Origin: Psammoneis japonica
Taxonomy: Eukaryota
DNA: 64,000 bases
NCBI GenBank assembly: GCA_008632985.1
Contig: QPGO01000146.1
Span: forward strand, 1-64,000
Reading direction: 5' to 3'
Under the pieces are notes generated by a model that saw only the letters and a program-made list of their open reading frames with translations, ran no database searches and had not been told where the DNA came from. Every line of letters starts with the position of its first letter. Positions within the stretch are counted from its first letter, which is position 1. Shown piece after piece: positions 22,800-35,737 of this stretch. The position numbers and the translations under genes are program-made.

Positions 22800-25700
22800 C
22801 GCAGATGAATTTTTAGCTTCTTTCATTCACAGCTTGGTGAGAGCGCAGAAGCATCATGGCAGAATAAGTGAGACAGTGCATGCTGCCGGTTAAGGTTTTG
22901 TGCAGACTTGAGAACGTAATGTGGTGCATGCCGGCAGCCTCAAATGACAACAATGAGGGAGATGAAAAAAATGGCAAAGATGTGTGGGGCGCAAGAGCCT
23001 GGATTCTCAAAGCAGCAAAACAAAGGTTCCAGCAAAACAGGAGAGGAGCCAAACAAGTTCAAGCTGAAGGTTTTTCAAAGAGACTGTGAGTCTGTGTCAG
23101 AGGCTGTTGCACTCTTTTTGTTGTCACTTGTTGCATCTTCTGATGCAGCTTGATCAGCTTGTGGGCTTTCCTGTGGGATGGGGCTGCCATGAGGCTAAAA
23201 TCCATGCAAAAATGATGCCCACATGAAAAGTGTCTTTGAAAACTTGTCACATGCACTGAGAGGTTGTTTTGGGCACAATTGCAATTTCAACACCTTGCAC
23301 TTTCTTTCTGCCATGCCAGCAAGTGTGCTGTCCATGGAGGTTTTCCAGATGCTGCCCAACAACCGGGCCAAGTTTGTTGCTCACAAATCAAGCTGGCACG
23401 TGATTGATGCCAAGTGCCAAGCTTTTTTCATGTTTGTTGATGGCCTGTTGGCAGATCTTGGTTGGATCCTGCTCTGCCCAAAAAGGCTTTTGTTTGAGAC
23501 AGTGCCAAGAAAAAGAGAGAAAAGGAGGATGGAAGAATGAAAGAGCCAGGAGAGTTTCAACAAAGACTTGTGAATGCCAGGATTGCCTGCACCACCCAAT
23601 GTTGAGAAGGAGGTCATGTCAAAGTGAGCAGCTGGCAACTCTGCACAGGCTGGGGTTTCTGAGGAGGCTGAGCACAAGATTGAAAAACAACAGAAAGACT
23701 TGTGAAAAGAGGACACAAACTTTCCAGAGAGGAGCAGTGGACACAAATGACAGGGCGTCTTGTGGCCCTTTGAAAGTGTGCAGCCGTGCTGAAAATGGCT
23801 GGAAACAGATGCCAGACCATGCAAATCTCAGTTTTCTCCCACCAGTGCAAAAACAAACACGCCCAACATTTGCAGTCAAACCAGCAGATTTGGAAAGTCA
23901 AACTGGCAGGGCCAGCCCATCTGTTCTCTGTCAAATGGAAAACTTCCAGCACTGGCACCCCCCCCCCCCCCTGTGTTGCTTCTTGGCTCCTCCTTCCCAC
24001 CCATGTGCTGCCATGACCTCATCACTGGCTGGCCACTCTGTGATTCCCACATCATTGTGGATTCATGCACTTCACAAAAACAGAGCACAATGACAGTGAT
24101 GATTTAGTTTCTGCTCCTGTCCACATTTGTCAACTGCCACTTTGTGCCAAATGATGATGTGCAACAAATTCAGTGCAAGCAAGGGGTTTGCAAATTCAGT
24201 TTTCAAGGCAGCAGCACCAGGTGATGTGTGTGCGCAACTGTTGACCAGGGCTGCTGCTGCAGCAACATGGGATAACGTGCATGTTTCTTTTGCAGCTTGC
24301 CCCAAGAACCAAGTGTCAAATCTGTCAAAGCACTGTGTCAGAGACCAGGGCAATGTCCAATGAGAGACAGCAGAGAGCATTGCATGCGGCCATTGCAAGC
24401 TGGCCAAGAGCAACCATCAGGGACAAGAAAGATTGCCACGAGGGCATGTGTGATTTTTTTTTAATGCTTGGGTTTGCAATCTGGGTGAACTTGCATGCCA
24501 GACTTTTTGGGGGTTGCATTGTTTGCTGTGTGTGCTGCAAAGAGGGGGCAGGGCAAAAGCCCTGGTGTTGTCAAGACAAAAAAGCCAATCCCAATTTTAA
24601 GTGCTGCCACACCTTTGCCCAGAGCAATGCTGACACCAGTCAACCCACACTTCCAGCACACTCTGCAAGGAATGCAGCAGAAGATCATGCAATTGGCCAC
24701 AAAGGGCATCCTCCAAAGAGGATGCCTGCCTGAGAGAAGTGGGGATGATGTGGCAACACATTGAGGAGATTGTTGCTTTCACATGGGCTGGAGACATGTC
24801 TGCCATGCCAGAGCAGCAAAGACCAATCAGCAAAGAACAATCACTTGCAGAGTTTGGTTCGGGAACAGCAAAGGAAAGGAAGTCAAAAAATGATTGCCGA
24901 ACCACTGGCTGTCACTCATCAAGAGGGGGGCCAGCACATCCAAACCTCCAAGAAGCGCAACAGTGGAAAGATCGCTGCATGCAGCCGGGAGCTTGATTTG
25001 CTGGCAAGTGAGGGAGGGGTCACACAGGACTGGGAGACAAGAAATGGGAGTGCTTGATGATGTGACAAGTCAGTCATCAGGAAAAACATCTTTCACACAT
25101 GGAAATCATGCCAGATCTTGTGCAAAACTGCCAACTGCCAACATGCACAGCAAAGGGAAGATGGTCAGTTGATGAATGAGGAAAGCTCTCACTCACACTT
25201 GTCACCAGCACCACAACTGAAGCAGTGCTTTCACCACATGTGGTGAAGGACTTGGTTGGCCAATGGGAACAAAGAGACTTGTTAAAGACAGATGACCATG
25301 GGCACAGGAAGCTTGGAAGATTTGACAACACATTTGTCGGTGGTGTTTGCTGAAGCATGCACAGAGCTTGCACTGAAATCCATGTAGAAAATTTTTTGGA
25401 TCTGCAGAAAACAACAAAAAAGATCAACAAGCATGCAACCCATGAGGAGTTGATGCCAGTCATTTTCCACTTGGTCATGTTGCTTAACATGCTGAAACAA
25501 GGGCATGCCATTGATGTGGAAATAGCCAAAATGGTCTTGGGAGACAGCAAAATGCCATGTGAGAAGAGCAACCTCAGCACAAGAGTGCACACAGAAACAA
25601 ATGCAGGGGTTTCTGGTGGGCAACTGCCGCAGATTTGTGGTGTTGTCAAGAGACAAAACAGGGGTGGGAGCAGATCCACAATGATGTGCTTTTGCTGCCC

Positions 25701-26480
25701 AAGGAAGAGCAATGCATTGTTTTCACTTTTTTTCTTGTCACAACGGTTGTCACCAGAAGAAAGTGCTGTGTCTGTCATGTGCACAACATCTGCTCAGTCT
25801 CTTTGAGTGCGCCCGCCCCCTGGAGACGCCGCTGGTGTGAGCGGTGTGCTGCTTTTTGTGCAAGGCAGAGAAGAGCTCACACCATGGCTTGCCCCCACTC
25901 TTGGGAGGACAAATGAGGAGTGCATGCTCTCTTCAATGACCACACAACTCTGCTTGTTGATGCAGGGTGTGCTGTGCATTGCAGCAGCACTGCCATCATC
26001 TTTGTGGTGGCACACGTCTCTCTCGTCTCTCACAGAGCTGCTGCACACATTGTGAGCACATGACATGCTGCTGTGAGTGACAGTGTTGCTATGAAAAGAG
26101 TGCTGAAATTTGCTCGAATGGTCACAGTGTGGTGCCCCAAGGCAAAAGCCAAGTCAGATGTGCCAAACAGCTCGCACTGTGAGGAGCAGCAAAATCAGAG
26201 CTGGCCGAGAGCTGTCCCCACATTGAAGAGAAACTGTGAGAAACTTGCACACACTCTGTTGAGGAAGCTTGCACAATGCAGAATGTGAGGCCACATCTCG
26301 CAGAGAGAGTGGCCTGTACGAAATTTGAGAAAGGGCCTCCTTTTTCATTTTTTGAATGGCACACCAAACGCCTCATTCGCACAGGTCCGTGTGAACGACG
26401 TGCGTGCCGTGCGCCCCCCCCGCTCGCTCTCACCATACCACGCGACTCCACACGTCGTGCGCCACCAACTCAGTCGTGAC
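22800..26480. repeat. Degenerate TE-like block depleted of TpA and CpG, unassigned
   Basis: Sharp compositional change between two intact genes; CG-rich edges share a short inverted match (GTGAGAGCGAG at ~22786, CTCGCTCTCAC at ~26423). Confidence 0.5.
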
Positions 26481-26987
26481 CTCATCGCTGATTGGCTCTG
26501 CACAATCGATACCACGTCATACAAGATTCATAGAATTTTTTAAAGACTGAATATAATGAAATGAAAGGATTCGGCTTGTGTAATAGCCCCATATTACTCA
26601 ATTGCAGCTGGCATTAAATAAGATGCGATAAATTTAGCATAAGGGAGGGGGTTCGCAAAACTGTATTTTCATGGCATCCGTGTCAGGTGACGCGCGCAAC
26701 CATTGGTCGCCACAAACAACAGCTAGCACGAGGAACAACTCGCTTCTTCACGAGGAGTAGCAAGACTGACAGAGTTCCCTCCAACGATAGAGGCTAGTTC
26801 CAAGCCAATAGGGATTTGAAACTAAAGAGCAAAACAGAGGTAGGCGTAAAGAGAGAGCGAGAGGTCTCATGGCGGCGTCTGTACCATAAACGAATTGAAG
26901 TGAGAAAGCGACGGGAGAAATTAAAGAGAGGAACATACCGCAAAAGGTATAGTTGATTTTGAAATAGTTTTATACGAAAGAAACACC

Positions 26988-28724
26988 ATGGCAGAGGTTG
27001 AACAATTACTTCCACGAGGAAGTAGTGAGTCTACAGATGGAAATCAGAGTACCCCTGAACCGGCATCGCCTTATACACCGTTGATTCGAGGTAGGAAAAA
27101 GCATACAGAACAAGAAGCAGCTGCAACCTCAAACCTCGGAGTGACACCTCCCATACGAGTGGGCAGTGCTACGACAGATGATTTAGCTCCGGCTCCTCGG
27201 CCTATATTATATTCGGCTATCGGTTCTCTGGAGAGTTCCAGTCTTGGCACGAGCTTTCAAAAGCGGTATCAGCAGAGCAACATCAACAGCAGCACTACTA
27301 CGAAACCGAGCTCAAAGGGCTTTCCATCGAGGTTGATATCTCCAACCACAACAACCACCACGTTTATTCCTCCCCATGCGTATACAACCACGGTTCCAGC
27401 AACTAATACTGGACTACTCAAGCCCGCTGCTGCTGATGCTGCTGATGCAACAACATCATGGTCTACAGCTGTTACGATTCGTACCAACCATCACTCCATA
27501 CAAGAATCGAAAAGTATCACACCACCTGGAGCGGGATTAACGTCGGCTCTAGAATCACACGCGGCAGCCACTGCTGCTGCTGCAAAGGCTGCTGAGGCTG
27601 CAACTACAGAAGAATCGTGTAACGATCATATCGAGGAAAAAAAGACGAGAGATTCAGAAGTGCAACAACAGCCACCTCCTCAGGAGGATGTTTCCAACAG
27701 CAGTAGCGGAGGAGGTATTCTCAAGAAACGATTATCCTTTCCTCGCATAAACCCAAACGACCAAACAACAACAACAACAACAGCAACCAAAACAACAACC
27801 TTTAGCAAGGACGTCAAGGTGATTCCTCCAGCAGAAGTCTTTCGTCCTTCCTGCGATGCCTACACACCTCGTCTACAGGCTCGGACCAAGATTCCAAAAT
27901 ATGTCAATCCCGAATCTCGACGACCCGTTGTCGAAGCGGGAACCATGGGGACTATTTCACGTCCCAACTTTCGAGATGCACTCAAACGTGTTGCCATGAT
28001 TTTACATCAACACATTACCAAAATTGAACGTCGGTTTGATGATTCTTCCTCTTCGGCCAGTGGTAGTTTGGCCAGCAAGGCAACAACGCGGAGTTTGTTT
28101 TCACCGGAAATGCGTGACTTGTACAGTGAAGACAAGTACACATTGCCGCGTTACAAGTGTACCTTGATCCCCACACCCATTCCGGGTGGTATTTATGTAC
28201 ACAAACAAGAGATTCCACGTGATTACAGCATGCCGACCAGTGACGAGATTTATGAATTTGCACACCAATTGTTCAAACGCGTCCAATTGTCGTCCGAATG
28301 TTCGATTGTGTGTTTGATTTACGTCGAACGACTCATGGAGGTGGCCAAGGTCCCCCTCTTGGCCAAAACGTGGAGACCAATCTTCATGTGTGGCTTGTTG
28401 TTGGCCAGCAAGGTGTGGCAGGATTTGAGTTCGTGGAATATCGAATTCGCTTCCGTGTATCCGCAATTTTCATTGGAAGCGATTAATCGATTGGAATTGC
28501 AGTTTGTCAGTCACATCAAGTGGGATCTATACATCTCATCCAGTCTCTATGCAAAGTATTACTTTGCCTTACGGAGTTTGTTGGAAAAGAAGGACTTTCG
28601 ACAACGATACAACCGCATGGTGGGTGGTGTGGACAATGTGGCTCAATCCGAAGCACTCAAGATACAGCAACGTACCGAAGTAGTCAAGGAAGAAGCCATT
28701 ATGTTGCTCAGTCGGAGTATGTAA
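26988..28724 (+). CDS. Cyclin Y-like protein
   Basis: 578-aa ORF with C-terminal cyclin box QLSSECSIVCLIYVERL..WRPIFMCGLLLASKVWQDLSSWNIEF..YISSSLYAKYYFALRSL. Confidence 0.92.
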   Translation: MAEVEQLLPRGSSESTDGNQSTPEPASPYTPLIRGRKKHTEQEAAATSNLGVTPPIRVGSATTDDLAPAPRPILYSAIGSLESSSLGTSFQKRYQQSNINSSTTTKPSSKGFPSRLISPTTTTTTFIPPHAYTTTVPATNTGLLKPAAADAADATTSWSTAVTIRTNHHSIQESKSITPPGAGLTSALESHAAATAAAAKAAEAATTEESCNDHIEEKKTRDSEVQQQPPPQEDVSNSSSGGGILKKRLSFPRINPNDQTTTTTTATKTTTFSKDVKVIPPAEVFRPSCDAYTPRLQARTKIPKYVNPESRRPVVEAGTMGTISRPNFRDALKRVAMILHQHITKIERRFDDSSSSASGSLASKATTRSLFSPEMRDLYSEDKYTLPRYKCTLIPTPIPGGIYVHKQEIPRDYSMPTSDEIYEFAHQLFKRVQLSSECSIVCLIYVERLMEVAKVPLLAKTWRPIFMCGLLLASKVWQDLSSWNIEFASVYPQFSLEAINRLELQFVSHIKWDLYISSSLYAKYYFALRSLLEKKDFRQRYNRMVGGVDNVAQSEALKIQQRTEVVKEEAIMLLSRSM

Positions 28725-28876
28725 AAGTTAAAAAATGCAGGACCGGCTTTTGACTGCAGCAACCGCACTGTAACCTCCTGGACTTGGTCTACCAGGGAAA
28801 ACACGCAGCGACACATTCAAGTTTTTGTATAACATTGCTATGCAAAGTGATTGTCACTGCGCATCTCCACCCCCTC

Positions 28877-29450
28877 TTTTGACTTGGAAGCGACTTGAGG
28901 AGAGTACAGCCCTCGCTCCTCTCGTCTGCATCCTTGCCTACAGACTACATAGAAGAATTGCATTCTCTTAGATTTTAAGTTTGCTAACACAATTACATAC
29001 ACTACATGGCTTTGTTATAGGAATCCCCGTGATTTTTACTGTATTCTTTGCGATTGATATCAAAGAAGTGTCTTGAGAAGCGGATCTCCCAACATGGACT
29101 TGACGTTCCCATCAAGTAGTAACCCTACCAATCCCTTTTGCTGTTCGCCCTCCTCCTTGCCCGTCGTTTTTACTTGGAGGCGATTGGGAGTGCAACCCTC
29201 GCCTCTTGTCTGCATCTTTGCCTACAGACTACATAGAAATGCATTCTCTTGGATTTTAAGTTTGCTAAAAAAATTGTATACCATCCACTACATGGCTTTA
29301 TTATAGCAATCCCCGTGTTCTACTGTGTTCTCTACTGCGATTGATATATCAAAGAAGTGTCTTAAGAAGCGGATCTCCCAACATGGACTTGACGCTCCCA
29401 TCAAGAAGTACCAATCCCTTTTGCTGTTCTCCCTCCTCCTTGCCCGTTGT
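28877..29450. repeat. ~290-bp tandem duplication of the sulfotransferase 3' end and downstream region
   Basis: 28877-29166 resembles 29167-29450; TpA retained in both. Confidence 0.8.
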
Positions 29451-32026
29451 TCCTACTGTAGAATGTGCCTTCCCGGCAAAGTTGTCGGGGTCGGCATTCA
29501 TATCAAACTTTTGAAGCGCTTGAACGAGTTGACCGATTGTTTCGTTTGATTTCGTGGGCAACACGTGCTGAAGGATGTTCCTCCAAGTTTCGTTGAAGCT
29601 CTCGGAGGATTCCATAATGTCCGATAGACTCACCGTGAGGTGACGATCGGGGTATAGTTCTGCAATGGCGGAAGCCACCATCATTTGCTTGATAATCTCA
29701 AGACTTACTAAATGCATTTCCAGTTGCAGGCCCACTTCGGTCGGCAAATCACGGATCGCTTCTTGGATGATCATGTCTTTGCAGTTGTGCTTACCGCATA
29801 GTTCTTGCTTGAATTTCGGATGCTTGCCGACTTTTTCGTGCATCCAACCTTCCTTGCCCAGCTTTGTATACCGGTACGAGCTAAGGATCAAATCGATCGG
29901 ATTCCGAACGAAATGAACAACCAGATAGGTCTTCTCACACGACGCGTATTTGAGCTGCTTCTTGAGTGTCTTGATCTGACTCGTCATGCACTGCTGCAAT
30001 CCGTCCTTGCTTCCGCCTCCATTAGGCCAACTATCCCACCATTTTCCTAGGCAGTCAGACCAGGCGGCATCAATCATCCATTTTGGCCATTGGTTGTAGC
30101 TACGAATCTCCGGCTTCTCGTCCGTTCCGGAACAAGTCATTGCCTTGCCCTTTCCGTCACGGAACAAATTGTTCTCGTTCAGAAATTCCTCCGAGTAGGT
30201 AACCAATCCTTGTTTCTGGAGGAGCGAAGCGACTGACCTTGAAATATCCGTTCCAGTCTTGTGATGCGTCGCAAAGTATACAGTCTCCGGCGGTCCCTTC
30301 TTGGATTTACCCGCCTTAGTTTTCTGCTTTTGTTCCGCATTGGTATTTTCGTGGCTCTCTGAAGCTTTTTTGCGGGCTTCGAGGCGCTCTAGTGATTGGG
30401 TACGGCAGTGTTTGAACCGGAACTCTGGGAACGGTCTCTGTTCCGCATCGGGTCCGGGTGGTTCTCCAGCATCTTGTACAACTCTTGGTTGTAAGGATCA
30501 AAGGCTTCGGCAAGTTTAGCGTGTGAAATACACGAGGGTGTATAGTTGGTTCGATGCTTGGCTCTTTCGTTGAGTTTGACAATCGATTGAGGAGCAACGT
30601 CCTCGCCAACCGGCAAGTCGAGGAAGCGTTGAAGTCGATCCATTAGCGAATTAGGATCCTTAGACAATTCCTCGTATGAGAGAATCAATATTTGCTTTCG
30701 ATCGAAAAACGCCATCCATTCACTGATCCATTTCGAATACATGCCAAAAGATGAGGAAAGTTCCGGAAGCACCTCGCTCGTAACGTAGTTATCAAAGCTT
30801 AGAAGCTTTCCATTTTCGTCAAGGACCCGTTCGGTGTACGGTCGAGGATTCTCACTGGTGTAGTGCTCCTCTGCCATGTGATGGAAAAACGAAAACTCCC
30901 GATCAACAGGCTCACGCAAAATCATAACAATCTTTACGTCATCCTGCGCACCAGCTTGTTTGTAAATATTGGCAACGCGATCAGCATGCGGGAGATAATC
31001 CGGGGTGGCGTCCAACACGTGGGGGCTGTTTTCCCTACAGTGTTTGAAGTGGTTCTTGTAATGACCGAGTCCTTTGGAATACATTTCGTCCTCCAAATCA
31101 AAGAAATGAACTTCCTTGATGGGCTCGCCATTATCTGTAGATTTAGGTTTGCAGACGTTAGCATGGTGAAAGATCCAGCTGGCCACAGCGGTCGTTCCGG
31201 ATTTCTGAGCTCCAACCAACAAGACATTTGGAACTCCTTTGAAAGGAGCAATCGGTTTTGTTTCGTCTTTTTTGGTTCCATCAGAGATGTTCTTCTTGTA
31301 TGCCTTTTCCTTTTTTGAGTTTTTCACCTCTGGCTGCTTTGGATGCTCTTGTTCGATTGGTTTTTCTTCTACTGCTTTTTCTTCGACTGCCTTCTCTTCG
31401 ACTGGCTTGTTTACAGGTTCGTTCGGCATCGCTTGTGAGTTAGGCTTATTCTCTACAGGCTCAGCGACTGGTGTGTCAGGTTTCTCTACACGTTCAGACG
31501 GTTCTACTTGATCAGCAGGTTTCTTTTCGTCGCTGACAAGACCTTCTCCCTTTTTCGCAGTTTCGGGAGGCGTACGGTCTGCGTCTTTCGCGGCTTCCTC
31601 CGTTTTCCTGTTCGCGTGTTCTGGCACGTGTTTGATGTGCGGTGCAATGGCATGCTCTATATTATCAGCCATTAGAGTTTTCCGTAGATGATGTGTATAG
31701 TCAACGCTTGTATGGCCGTGAGACGACGCGGCCATGAGACTCATGGAGCGAATGACCAACATTGAAAAGCCATACAACCCAAAGCCCAACCAAAGCATGC
31801 GCATGCATCGCGATACACAAATCGACAGTGAGCTTCTTTTTCGCTTGGATGAAGATGTAATTGATCGATGCTTTAGGTCTGTTGAGACCTTGAGCTGAGT
31901 AGGAACGGCGCAGCAGTCGCTGGCATTTTCTTTTTGTTCTTTTGAGGGATGTGTACGATGCCTCATAATTTTGGGTTCGACTTCAGCTTCCTGCTTCTTT
32001 TCACTCCGTCTGCCGTCTCTTCTCAT
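29349..32026 (-). CDS. Type II membrane protein with two sulfotransferase domains, copy 1 (one apparent 1-bp frameshift at ~30457)
   Basis: TM segment; domain 1 GAQKSGTT, KEVHFFD, DATPDY, REPVDREFS; domain 2 THHKTGT, VVHFVRNPIDLILSSYRY; adding one base near 30457 joins the ORFs and matches the paralogue (GPDAEQRPFP). Confidence 0.85.
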
Positions 32027-32578
32027 GCCGTTTTATAAACCTTACTCGTTACAATCAAAAGAAGGCTTTTGTCTAGCATGGACCTTCAGACAGGAGAGTG
32101 AGAAACAAGAAGTGCGTCCAATGCATAATTGTGTGACGATGGGGTATTGGACTAAAAATTGGATGTCTGTTGATGACCGCGAATTTTAGAAATTTGTGAC
32201 CAAAACACCGATCATAAAAATATATCCGGTTCTTATACATTTTCACACGTATGATGTATGCATATACAAATATTCTTATAAGTGATGGGTTTTTCCGCTC
32301 ACTTTTTGTTTGGTGCGAACCTACCGTATTTGAAATTACAATGCGCGCAACAAAACAACGCTCATACTCATTTGTATTATACCTCGCCTCACTCGACACT
32401 TCCCTGCCACGGAAAGAAAGATAGTTTGAAAAATCATGTACGTAGATCCAGGATAGACAACGGGGCTTGACAGTGAGAACTATGTCGGATTTAGGTGTAG
32501 CGTGAGTTACTACTACTATGGAGGAAAAGATGCAATATACTGGGCTGTAACTAAAATGGGATTAACTAGCATGTATCT

Positions 32579-34916
32579 CTACATGAGTGTTTTGATGATA
32601 GGGTCGTTCATCATTTGTTTCACTCCTTCTTCTGCCTCGAGGGACGCCTTGTGCTCGTCTGTTTCCTTTTTGCTTGTTTTTCCAGCGGTAGAGTGACCGT
32701 TTCCAACAAAGTTCTCAGGATCAGCGTTCATGTCAAACTTACAGAGCGACTTGACAATCTTTTGAATAAAATCAGGCTTTCTGTCTGGGAAAACTCCACT
32801 AATGATGTTGTACCAGGCTTTGTTGAAGCTCTTAGACGATTCCATGATATCCGACAGGCTCACGGTAATGTGATGTTCAGGATCACCCTTGGCCAAGACG
32901 GCAGCAACCATCATCTGCTTGACGGTCTCCATACTGGTGAGATGCATATCCAATTTCAGTCCGACTTCGGTTGGCAAGTCGCGAACTGCTTCTTGAATGG
33001 TCATGTCAAAGCAGCCCTCGTTGTCTCCGCAATACTCTCCAAGGAATCGTGGGTGACCCACAATATTCTCATGCATCCATTCCTCTTTTCCGAGCTTAGT
33101 GTATCGGTAGGAACTTAGCATCAAGTCGACTGGGTTGCGGACAAAGTGGACAACGAGATAGTTGTCTCCACAAGCAGCCTTTTTCAACTGGTCTTTGAGC
33201 GAATCCATTTCACCCATGATGCACTTCTCAAACAACTTATCGGTCGTGGTTTCGGCGGGCCATTTCTCCCACCACTTTCCGACGCATTTACCCCACAAGT
33301 TATCAATGATCCACTTTGGCCATTGGTTGTAGCTTCGGATTTCAGGAACGCCGCTGCCGCCCAAGCATTTCACGTCCTTTCCGTCTGCCGTTTTCATAAG
33401 ATTCTTTCATCCATCTCCTCGGTAGAGTATTTCGTGTAGCCCTTGAGCTTTAGCAGCGAAGCGACATTTCTTGAAATATCCGTTCCAGTCTTGTGGTGAG
33501 TGGCAAAGAAGACCGTCTTTGGTGCACGTCGTGTCGGTTTGCTCACTTTCTTTGGAGCCGGGACTTGCTTGGCGGGGGACTTTTTGACTTCCTTGGCGGC
33601 CTTGACAACCTTGTCCTTGGCCACATTTTCTTTCTTGTCCTGCTTTGCCGGTTTGCAGCCGGAAATCTGAAAGTGTGGGAATGGTCTCTGCTCAGCATCC
33701 GGTCCCTTGTTTGCATCAAGTCTCTTGTACAATTCATTGTTGGAATCTTCAAACAAATCGGCGAGCTTGTTTTGGGCAGCACACGACGGAATGTTCTTAT
33801 TCACAGACTTGACTTCGAGCGTAGTGCTGGGGATCTTTGAGTCCGATTCAAGGTTCAAAAATTTTTCAAGGCGTCCTCGTGCACTCTCCGTATCATTGGC
33901 AAGCTCATCATAGGACAAGACTAGTAGTTGCCTTCTGTCAAACTTGTCTGTCCATTCCTGGAAGAATTTGGCGTATCCGGCGTGAGACGACTTGAGCTTT
34001 GGAAGAACATTGTTATCCAAGTATCGCTCAAAGTTGATGAATTGTCCCTTTCTGTTTTTCACGGCACTGGTGTACTTTGGCGGATTCGGTTTCTTGGCCT
34101 GCGCAAGGACGTATTGGTACCAGCTAAACTCGCGATCCATTGGTTCACGAACAACGACAACCACCTTGAGTTTCTTAGAAGCGTCGTCTCCAACCTTGTC
34201 ATAAACTTCACGGACACGGCTAGCGTACTGAAAGTAGTCGGACGTGGCGTCGACAATGTGTGTCTTTTTCTCGTCTTGAGCGCAGTGTTAAAGTGTTTGG
34301 CGTACTCTTGTGGAGTGTTCTTGGACGCGTAGTCAGTCGCATCAAAGAAACGAGCCTCCTTGATGGGCTTGCCGCTCTGGATAGACTGTGGCTTACAGAC
34401 ATTGTCATGGTGGAATAGCCAGCTTGCGACTGCTGCAGTTCCTGAAAACTGAGCGCCAACCACAAGAACGTCTGGAATGCTGATGTCGGCGGATCCACTT
34501 GCTTTGGGAACCGCTACAGCTTGCTTTTCATCCTGGTCTTGCTTCTGCTCTTGCTCTTTCTGCTGTTCATCAACATTCACTTCTTCCCCACTGTCTGGGC
34601 TTGCAACCTGCTCTGATGAAGCCTTGTCTTCTTGTCTAGCAGATTCGCCAAGAACTCTGGCAGATGCGGCTGCTAGTTTCTCGCTCAAGGGACTCTTTCG
34701 CAACAAGTACGCACCCTGAAGACAAAGCCCGACAACAACCAGAGGCAAAAGCTTTCTCGAGATTCGACCTACCGTGGACTGTCGTTTACGGCCCTTGGAA
34801 GCATCACTAGCACCGGCAGGAATCTGCCTGGTTGGAAAACATTCTTGATCGTCAATGACCACAATGTGACCCGACTCGGACGCCCTTTTCGCGATTGGGG
34901 AAGAGCGTTGCCTCAT
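32579..34916 (-). CDS. Type II membrane protein with two sulfotransferase domains, copy 2 (apparent 1-bp frameshifts at ~34289 and ~33405)
   Basis: Collinear with copy 1: GAQFSGTA, KEARFFD, DATSDY, REPMDREFS, THHKTGT, VVHFVRNPVDLMLSSYRY. Confidence 0.85.
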
Positions 34917-35737
34917 CCTAATCAATCAGAAAATGCACAGTGAATTCTTCTCAGTTATAATGACAAGAACCTGGTGGGTGAGAGAGACAAAGTGATGTCA
35001 ATACAAACGTGTCAAAGCTTGCAGAGGACATTGTGTGCTCAAATTCATCACGACACTCAAAATGTGAGGCAGAAGGTCATCGTTGGTCATTCGATCGAAT
35101 ACCGGAACTCGGTTGCGAACACGTCAATTCTACACGCCTCGCAGTACAAACGCGAATAGCTGGAACCTTGTCCAATCAAATTGTGTGAATTTCAGAAAGC
35201 ATTAAGTAAAGTTTAACGCTCATTTACTCGTCATTCTGGAGATTTTCTGACTCTTGAATTCCTCATTCCAAGCTCCCTGGCGATTTTTTTTGGAATTTTG
35301 ATGGCCGAAAATCTTCGGAGTATCGTTTACTTACTTTTCAAATGTGAATATGTTCATTCGATCTAGCAGCTGCGTTGCCTCATTTTTTCTTCCAAAAAAT
35401 CGGAAGAAAACCATTCAACTTCTTCGTCCTCGAAGGTGCGTGCATTGGCACTTTGCGTCGACTTCAAGATCCCGAAGGGACTCGGAGTATCAAAAGCACG
35501 CAAGGAACGGGGAAACTGACGTGTGTGGAACTATGTTGAGATCTACATCCTGGTATAAATGCCATCAAATGGTATCCAATGAGAATGCAGCAAAGAGTGG
35601 AAATTGCCGCACGTTGGGGCAAGTACTGTACGGTAATAATTGCACTGATCTTTTAGTTCCTTGTTTACTGTGCCACATACTCAGCACAGTTCGCATTGAA
35701 ACAATAGCCCATTGCACGTATCATTGGCCATTCAACC

